DNA of 64,000 nucleotides from an uncultured cyanobacterium (lineage in GTDB: Bacteria; Cyanobacteriota; Cyanobacteriia; Pseudanabaenales; Pseudanabaenaceae), in assembly GCA_963703315.1 (NCBI GenBank), contig OY969811.1, forward strand, positions 3,936,001-4,000,000, in the 5' to 3' direction. Below are positions 57,580 to 64,000 of this stretch, piece after piece. The notes under the pieces were generated by a model, which saw only the letters and a list, made by a program, of their open reading frames with translations, made no database searches and had not been told where the DNA came from. The translations under genes were made by a program, and so were the position numbers. Positions within the stretch are counted from its first letter, which is position 1, and each line of letters begins with the position of its first letter.

Positions 57580-58713
57580 ATGCAACAAATATTTAGCCGT
57601 CGTAGTTTGCGCCTGTTTATCATCTTGTTTGTGATAACGTTGCTAGGCTTTGCGCTGGGATGGTTTATATTTTTACGCCCCGAAATCGCCAGTTTGAATA
57701 AGACCGAGAAAACGGCTGGCTCTAATCTTCAAAATATTACGCTCACAGAATTTGATGCCAATGGAAAACTATTGTGGGAAATTACTGCGAAGCGGGCTAA
57801 CTATCGCGAAGAGCGCAAAATTGCTGATGTTGAAGATGTAAAAGGAAAATTTTATCGTAGCGGTGAGCCGCTTATGGAAGTCACAGGCAATAAGGGAACC
57901 ATCGATCAAATCACTAAAATGATTTCCCTAGATGGCAATATTAAGGCGATCGCCATTCAAGAAAAAATCAACATGAAAGCCGATCGCCTGATCTGGAAAT
58001 CGGAAGAAGACCTTCTCAAGGCGACAGGCAACATTCAGATTGATAAGCCTGAAGACAAGATCAAAATGACAGGTAAAGAGTTAACTGCGAAACCGAGTAC
58101 CAATATCTATAGTCTCGAAAAAAGCGTGATTGTGACTAAGATTGAACCACCTCTAGAAATGAAAAGTGAGAAAATTACTTGGGATGCTAAGCGGGATCAT
58201 GTATTTACAGAAGTTCCATTGTCAGTGTTTCAAGTAAAGGATAAGTTGGAATTGTTTGCGAATAAAGGTGATTGGGATATTACTAAAAAAGAGGTGACCT
58301 TCACAGGTGATATCAAGGCGAAAGATCCCAAGCTAGATGTTGAACTTGCGGCAAGCCAAGCTAGTTGGAATCTGGATAAACAACTTGTCATTTTGCCAGT
58401 AGAGTTTACGGCAACTAGTAAGAGTCGTGGCATTGTTGTCAAGGCTCAAAAAGGACAAGCCCAACTCAAGGAAGAGAAGATTAACCTTACAGGTCAAGTC
58501 TTGGCAAGCTTTAGCTCTACTCAGGGTGTGGTCAATGCCGATCAGGTGGAGTGGTTAATTCCTACCAAAATGGTTACGGCGGAGGGCAATATCGTTTATC
58601 AACAACCCGATAAAAATCTCAGTGTTAGAGGCGATCGCGCTGTGGCAAATCTGGAACTGCAAACAGTGAAGGTGACAGGAGCAAATGTACTGACGACCTT
58701 AACTCCTCAATGA
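57580..58713 (+). CDS. lptC: LPS export protein LptC-like (multi-jellyroll)
   Basis: N-terminal TM, DANGKLLWEITAKRA and repeated beta-jellyroll units with ADRLIW/ADQVEW. Confidence 0.8.
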   Translation: MQQIFSRRSLRLFIILFVITLLGFALGWFIFLRPEIASLNKTEKTAGSNLQNITLTEFDANGKLLWEITAKRANYREERKIADVEDVKGKFYRSGEPLMEVTGNKGTIDQITKMISLDGNIKAIAIQEKINMKADRLIWKSEEDLLKATGNIQIDKPEDKIKMTGKELTAKPSTNIYSLEKSVIVTKIEPPLEMKSEKITWDAKRDHVFTEVPLSVFQVKDKLELFANKGDWDITKKEVTFTGDIKAKDPKLDVELAASQASWNLDKQLVILPVEFTATSKSRGIVVKAQKGQAQLKEEKINLTGQVLASFSSTQGVVNADQVEWLIPTKMVTAEGNIVYQQPDKNLSVRGDRAVANLELQTVKVTGANVLTTLTPQ

Positions 58714-59430
58714 TTTGTTTACAATCCGTTTGCGGCATTCATCATCTTCGCGCTCAGATTCTGATTCTGAAGATGGACGCTCTTGCTTTTTGGAAGAAGA
58801 GTTAGGTCGATCATGCTCACTATCTTTGACTTGACCTTCTGAAGATGCGCGATCGCGTTTTTGAGGAGATGCGTTAGGACTAGTTTGATTATTCTGAAGG
58901 GTTGATAATGAACTGATCTCTCCGCCATTACTGATGAGAACCTGTTCGTTTTCAACGGTGACAGCATAGGTTGCTAGAGGAATTTTAGCAGGAGCTTCGC
59001 GGGGACTCCCATCTGCGGCAAATGTCGCATCATGGCAAGGACAGAAAAATTCTTGTTTATCCTTTTGCCAGTTCACATCACAACCTTTGTGGGTGCAAAT
59101 TGGATTAACGGCAAATAGCTTTTGGGGATTATTACGATCGCGGACAACGATGACACCATCAGCGATTAATTGACCATCTCGTTCTAGTTGCGCGATCGAG
59201 CCGATGACTCTAGCACCTTTTCTGGCGGTAGTGGCAGCAGGTGAAGTAGCGATCGCGGAACTGTTTGTTGCTGATAGAGGTGAACTTGTTGGCAATGGAT
59301 TAGCTAAAGCTGTCAGTGAGTTTTCAGCTTGTTTAGTTGCCGTTGAGCATGAGGTTAGGGCAGGGGGCAATACGCTAACGATCCAACCTAATCCCACCCA
59401 ACTTAAAATTTTACGGCGATTCATATTCAT
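58699..59430 (-). CDS. Tat/lipoprotein Rieske 2Fe-2S protein (PetC3-like) with a charged tail
   Basis: NRRKIL twin-Arg signal, LTSC lipobox-like site, and CTHKGC and CPCHDA Rieske boxes. Confidence 0.88.
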   Translation of the reverse strand: MNMNRRKILSWVGLGWIVSVLPPALTSCSTATKQAENSLTALANPLPTSSPLSATNSSAIATSPAATTARKGARVIGSIAQLERDGQLIADGVIVVRDRNNPQKLFAVNPICTHKGCDVNWQKDKQEFFCPCHDATFAADGSPREAPAKIPLATYAVTVENEQVLISNGGEISSLSTLQNNQTSPNASPQKRDRASSEGQVKDSEHDRPNSSSKKQERPSSESESEREDDECRKRIVNKSLRS

Positions 59431-59450
59431 TTCTCTCTGAAATTTGATAG

Positions 59451-59544
59451 TACCAATTCACGAAAGACAACACTTTCGTGAATTAAAAAACGAACCTAGT
59501 AAGGGTTTTCAAAACTAAAAATGGCGTAGCCATTTTTAGTTTTA
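59451..59544. mobile_element. MITE-like element, TACCAA family
   Basis: Matches the reverse complement of 29212-29315. Confidence 0.7.
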
Positions 59545-59573
59545 TAATTCTATAATTTGGTCAAATGTTCTAA

Positions 59574-60085
59574 TTAGGCATCTAGGGAAGGACGGCGGCG
59601 TTTTTTAAACATACCTAGCATGAAAATTCCTGTTACCAGTAAACCAATCAATCCCAGTCCATCCAGTAGAACGTAGAAGGTTCTGAGTTGTGGTCCTAAA
59701 AACGAGCCTTGATGAATATTCAAAAAGATTTCGCCAATGTCTTTAGACCCACATTCCGCTCGTAATGGAGGCCTAAAAATATTTACAACGAGACAATGAG
59801 GGTTTCAGCGATTTTCTGGAAAATTAATGATAATGACTCCTATTAGTACGTCATTATTGACAATATTAAGATAGTGTTATTTTTCTGACGAAAGCCCAAA
59901 ATACTTACTGTATAAGGATTTGTTTTCTAAATATTTTTTTCAGTAAAATAAGAGCGGAATGTGGGTTTAGACATCCCAAACCAACTTCTGCCAACGCGAT
60001 AGGCAACACCTGTGATCGTGGTGAGTAAAATTGGTAGGAGCAAAATAGGAGCGATAAAGCGGTGAAGTTTGCGCCAGTTCATCAT
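59574..60085 (-). pseudogene. PepSY-associated TM-helix small protein interrupted by a MITE
   Basis: Removing the insert and one TTTAGA copy restores MMNWRKLHRFIAPILLLPILLTTITGVAYRVGRSWFGMSK|DIGEIFLNIHQGSFLGPQLRTFYVLLDGLGLIGLLVTGIFMLGMFKKRRRPSLDA*. Confidence 0.88.
59748..59965. mobile_element. 218-bp MITE with 14-bp TIRs and a 6-bp target-site duplication (IS1634-like ends)
   Basis: CCCACATTCCGCTC ... GAGCGGAATGTGGG, flanked by TTTAGA at 59742-59747 and 59966-59971. Confidence 0.92.
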
Positions 60086-60161
60086 TTCTTGTCGGTCTGT
60101 TTACTAGTGAATGCGTTGATTATGCAGATCAAAAGTAAAGAACTCGGAAAGGATAGTGCAT

Positions 60162-61658
60162 TTATGCAAATGTCACTGTAAAACAACTGCCAGAGCCAAT
60201 CTGACTACTAACTGTGATATTGCCATCGTGATTTTTAGCGATCGCCTCGGCAATTGCTAAACCCAATCCTGAACCACCTGCTCGCCACGATCTCGCCCGA
60301 TCTGCCCTCCAAAAGCGCTCAAAAATATGGGGTAAATCTTCGGGGGCAATCCCCAATCCCGTATCAGTAATAGCGACGAATATGGAGCGATCGCGTTGTT
60401 GGAGATCAACGGTAATTTTGCCGCCTGTGGGTGTATAGGCGATCGCATTTTCTAGCAAATTAATAAATAGTCGCCGTAGTTGAGAAGCTTCGCCACGAAT
60501 AGAGACGGCATCCTGAAGATTTGCTTGCAAATTAATCTCTTTAGCAATAATTTGTGGTTCTAGGAACTCCAATAAATCTTCTAATAGTTCATCAAGGGGA
60601 ATTAATAATAAATTGGCTGCGCGATCTCCTTGATTATCCAAACTAGCGTTATCAACTCGTGCGAGAAATAACAAATCCTCGACTAAATGCGTCATCTGTT
60701 CTGTGGCATGACCAATTGCGGCTAGCTTTTTTACATCTGCTTGATGGATACGTTCGGGATGGCTTTGGATTACTTCAATGGAAGTTTTAATGGCGGTCAA
60801 GGGACTGCGTAACTCATGGGAAGCATCGGCGGTAAATTGGCGCATTTGTTCATAATTGCGTTCAACTGGTTGCAATGCTTGCCATGCTAGCCACCAGCCA
60901 CCAATACCACTGAGGGCGATCGCTAGTAATCCACCCCAACCTAATCCCCATAATAGTTTTTCTAATTCCTCTTCCAGTTCTTCACTAGATTCACTGACCC
61001 GCACATAACCAATTAATACTTTCTCCACATTATTGTTATCTATTGCTGAATATCTTTTCTGCTCTCTTTCAGAATTTTCTTTTCGTTCTTCCTCATGTTT
61101 TTGAGAACGCTTTTTATTGTGCTTTTCAGCAAATTCTGAAAATATTGTTTCTGTCAGCACTCCATTCAGATAGATAGGGACAATAAGCGATCGCAGATCG
61201 TGATGTTCTTCTAATTGATGTACTTTGGCGATCAGTGAAGCTTGATCAACGTGGGGGAAAGGTAAACTTGGCGCTTTCTGATTACCTGCTTTAGCCAATA
61301 ACTTTCCATCAGCATCAAACCATTCTACAGTTTGCTGATTTTGGCGCATATCCTGCCAAGGAATATCCAGATCGCCATCATTGTCAATCAGGCGATCGCT
61401 TTTAATTACATCCTTTTGAATTAAATTAGGATTGTTTTTTAGCTTGGGCAAACTATGAGAAGCAGCATCAGCGAGAGTCGCAATCTGGCGATCGAATTTA
61501 CTGTAAAGATTGCTTGCAAAATATTGATATACAAAAATCACCGTAATACCCAACACTGTAGACATGACGCTGAGATAACTCACCAACAAGCGTAGATGTA
61601 GGGCATTAAAGGGATGCCCTAGCCATTGTCTAATAATTTTGGATAGTCTAGTTTTCAA
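60162..61658 (-). CDS. Membrane sensor histidine kinase (RppB/NrsS-like)
   Basis: Two TMs, H-box FTADASHELRSPL, N-box NLLENAI, DTGLGI and GSGLGL. Confidence 0.93.
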   Translation of the reverse strand: MKTRLSKIIRQWLGHPFNALHLRLLVSYLSVMSTVLGITVIFVYQYFASNLYSKFDRQIATLADAASHSLPKLKNNPNLIQKDVIKSDRLIDNDGDLDIPWQDMRQNQQTVEWFDADGKLLAKAGNQKAPSLPFPHVDQASLIAKVHQLEEHHDLRSLIVPIYLNGVLTETIFSEFAEKHNKKRSQKHEEERKENSEREQKRYSAIDNNNVEKVLIGYVRVSESSEELEEELEKLLWGLGWGGLLAIALSGIGGWWLAWQALQPVERNYEQMRQFTADASHELRSPLTAIKTSIEVIQSHPERIHQADVKKLAAIGHATEQMTHLVEDLLFLARVDNASLDNQGDRAANLLLIPLDELLEDLLEFLEPQIIAKEINLQANLQDAVSIRGEASQLRRLFINLLENAIAYTPTGGKITVDLQQRDRSIFVAITDTGLGIAPEDLPHIFERFWRADRARSWRAGGSGLGLAIAEAIAKNHDGNITVSSQIGSGSCFTVTFA

Positions 61659-61675
61659 ATGTGTGCTTGCTCCTG

Positions 61676-62350
61676 TTATAAATGCTTGAGCCGATACCCT
61701 AAGCCATATACAGTCTCAATGAGATCTGTTTTTGCTCCTGCTTGTTTCAGTTTTTGGCGCAAACTTCTGATATGTACTTTTACTGTTTCTTCGTTAGGTG
61801 GTTCGGCAAATGACCATAGATGCTCAAGGATTTCGGCTTTGCTAAAAGTGCGATCGCTATGCCGTAGTAATAATTCTAAAAGGCGATATTCTTTAGGGGT
61901 TAAATGCAATAACTCACCTGCATAAGTTACCTCATAGCTATTAGGATTAAGCTGCAATCGTTCCCATTCCAACAGCATCGTAATACTGGAACTGCCACGC
62001 CGCAATAATGCTCGAATCCTTGCCAATAGCTCTTTTAAATCAAAGGGCTTCACCACATAGTCATCTGCGCCCACATCTAAGCCCATCACCTTATCAGTGC
62101 TAGTGTCTCGCGCCGTTAACATCAAGATCGGCATTCCATAACTATTTTGCCGCACTTTTTGACAAAGCTGCATTCCATCTAGTTTCGGTAACATTACATC
62201 CAAAACCAATAGCTCGTAGGGAAATGCTTGCACAAATTCCCATCCCTGTTCCCCATCGATCGCTACATCCACGACATAATGACAGTCGGTGAGTGCCTCC
62301 GTCAGTGCCGCCGCAATGCGATCGTCATCTTCAACTAATAATATTTTCAC
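61676..62350 (-). CDS. OmpR-family response regulator
   Basis: LLVEDD, LDVMLP, GADDYVVKPF and winged-helix ETVYGLGYRL. Confidence 0.95.
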   Translation of the reverse strand: MKILLVEDDDRIAAALTEALTDCHYVVDVAIDGEQGWEFVQAFPYELLVLDVMLPKLDGMQLCQKVRQNSYGMPILMLTARDTSTDKVMGLDVGADDYVVKPFDLKELLARIRALLRRGSSSITMLLEWERLQLNPNSYEVTYAGELLHLTPKEYRLLELLLRHSDRTFSKAEILEHLWSFAEPPNEETVKVHIRSLRQKLKQAGAKTDLIETVYGLGYRLKHL

Positions 62351-62388
62351 AAACTACTTTTTGAGACCAAGATCAACATTAGCAGTAC

Positions 62389-62492
62389 TAAGTAGCTCAG
62401 CATAGTTAAAAACCAAAACCAGAGCTTGTGCCGCCCGCGTAGCGGGCGGCACAAGCTTCTAGGTTTTAAGTTTACTTATGCCTAGCTACTTA
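62389..62492. mobile_element. MITE-like element, TAAGTA family
   Basis: TAAGTAGCT ... AGCTACTTA ends. The central hairpin AGCTTGTGCCGCCCGC-GTA-GCGGGCGGCACAAGCT is identical to the one near 39288-39322. Confidence 0.7.
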
Positions 62493-62497
62493 CCACT

Positions 62498-64000
62498 TTA
62501 CAACCCATTACCGATCGCAAAAAAAGCTGACCAATATTTGGGATGACTATATTCTTTAGACCGAATTAGAGATACTTGCGCTTTCTGTAATGCCTCATTC
62601 ACATTGCTGGTTTTAAGTTCTTTATAAAATGCTGCCATGAGTGCTTGAGTGGCTGCATCATCCACAGACCATAGAGAAGCGATCGCACTTTTTGCTCCTG
62701 CTTTCTGCACCTGATAGCCAAATCCCAAGATTTCTACGCCACTGCCTAGCTTGCCCACACCTGTCTGACAAGCGCTCAAAACAATTAGTTCTATATTCGG
62801 AATTTGCCAATCTGCAATTTCATTGAGACGGATTTTGTCACCATTCCCAAAAATGATGAAGGAATTATCGGGCGCACCGAGATTAAACTCAGCATGGGTC
62901 GCAAGATGGAGAATATTGTAGTTCTTAAATTTGGATTCAGTAGCTTGACGACTAAAGTTACTTTCTAGCAGCGTTGATGAGTTCGGGAAATAACTAGCGA
63001 TCGCTTGAACTTCCTTGAGAGTTGCAGGTAAACCCTGTTGTCCAAACTTCTGCTCACCAGCTTTACCACCAAAAGCTCCTGCTAAGATGTTCGGCGAAAT
63101 TTTGGACTGAGGGGAAAAATCAAAGAGAGTGTAAGCAATCAGATTACTAATCCGATATTTCTCAATAAGCCATTGTTTGCCATCGGAGAGAGCCGCCAGA
63201 GGCACATAGCGCAAAACCCCATCAGGTGCATAGAGAATCGTTTCCGCTTTAGCTTGGATGAGTTCAGACTCGATGGGTTTAATCAACAGGTTATAGAGCG
63301 CTGTGGAAGTTTCTTGATAATCTTCAGAACCAGCATCAATCAGGGTTGCTTTAAATTCATTGACTAGAGATTCTAGTTTGGCTTTAGAAATATTGACAGT
63401 ACGGTTGATCGGCAGCGTATCGGGTGAGAAGAGAATAATTTCTAGGCGATCGCCTAAAATCAGAGGATAGATTAAGACCGTACCTTTCGGAATCTTTTGG
63501 AGATAGTTAGGGACTTTATTGATTTCTGATTTAGGAAGTTGCTGGATCTGACTCGCTAATTGACGATTTAGGGCGGGACTACTCTCCAAGCTAATGGCTG
63601 ATGACTGATTGCTAATAGCCCTCTCTGCATCCAAAATCCCTATTCCTTGTGCTGTGCGATCGCTGCCCTTAATGTTCTCTAGATAATCCTCAATCTCTTG
63701 GACTTTGAGCAAATCCAGAACCTGTAGAGCTTCCATGATTCTGCCTTGCTTGAGCAGTAAATTTGCAAGGCTTTTATAACTTTCGGCAACGGTTTGTAAA
63801 TAGGAAGTTTGATCTTCTTGGCTCAGTCCGCGAATATCTTTACGAATCGATTCGCGCACATTAATTGCTTGCTTATAAAATAAAATTGCTAGTTCAGGTT
63901 GATTTTGCTGAGAGAGAGTATAGCCTAAGTTACTAAGCGATAACCCTTCCTTTTCGCGATCGCCAGTCTGCTTAAAAATGGCGAGGGACTTCTGAAAGGA
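62498..64000 (-). CDS. TPR + CHAT domain protein, 3' part (starts beyond the window)
   Basis: The frame stays open to 64000 (…SFQKSLAIFKQTGDREKEGLSLSNLG…). LHLATHA and LSACQTG motifs; close paralog of 19448-21745. Confidence 0.92.
   Translation of the reverse strand, partial: SFQKSLAIFKQTGDREKEGLSLSNLGYTLSQQNQPELAILFYKQAINVRESIRKDIRGLSQEDQTSYLQTVAESYKSLANLLLKQGRIMEALQVLDLLKVQEIEDYLENIKGSDRTAQGIGILDAERAISNQSSAISLESSPALNRQLASQIQQLPKSEINKVPNYLQKIPKGTVLIYPLILGDRLEIILFSPDTLPINRTVNISKAKLESLVNEFKATLIDAGSEDYQETSTALYNLLIKPIESELIQAKAETILYAPDGVLRYVPLAALSDGKQWLIEKYRISNLIAYTLFDFSPQSKISPNILAGAFGGKAGEQKFGQQGLPATLKEVQAIASYFPNSSTLLESNFSRQATESKFKNYNILHLATHAEFNLGAPDNSFIIFGNGDKIRLNEIADWQIPNIELIVLSACQTGVGKLGSGVEILGFGYQVQKAGAKSAIASLWSVDDAATQALMAAFYKELKTSNVNEALQKAQVSLIRSKEYSHPKYWSAFFAIGNGL

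Larger units (their letters stand above)
1..64000. repeat. HIP1 octamer GCGATCGC, highly over-represented
   Basis: Seen very frequently in coding and intergenic DNA (not counted). Sparse in the TRD part of hsdM-S. Confidence 0.95.

Overview
Cyanobacterial chromosomal DNA, inferred to be Pseudanabaena-like from apcD, pilB/T/C, XisH/XisI and very frequent HIP1 GCGATCGC octamers. Most of the window is housekeeping and envelope genes: hisS, holB, miaA, leuD, topA, dusB, prk, sfsA, lptC, a DEAD-box helicase, a Kir channel, a type IV pilus motor operon, a PPIase-HlyB-HlyD type I secretion cluster with an RTX-tailed PhoX-like cargo, two TPR-CHAT proteins and a two-component system. The most unusual region is about 49-57 kb. 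It holds a type I restriction-modification locus (HsdR plus a fused HsdM-HsdS) split by three toxin-antitoxin cassettes. Every junction is marked by arrays of one heptamer (AATTCGT/ACGAATT), which also sits in frame inside hsdM-S. The locus is bordered by a 131-bp x ~6.3 tandem array of GTAG-REP-like hairpins and sits at an apparent local flip in strand composition. Features missed by the ORF track include a PatA-type regulator at the left edge with two NtcA boxes, a tandem pair of paralogous 30-aa hydrophobic micro-proteins, a 218-bp MITE with a 6-bp target duplication disrupting a PepSY-TM gene, a VapC stub cut at a heptamer array, and several modular palindromic MITE/REP families. No rRNA, tRNA or CRISPR array was recognised. 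All family assignments come from motif recognition by eye, not database searches.
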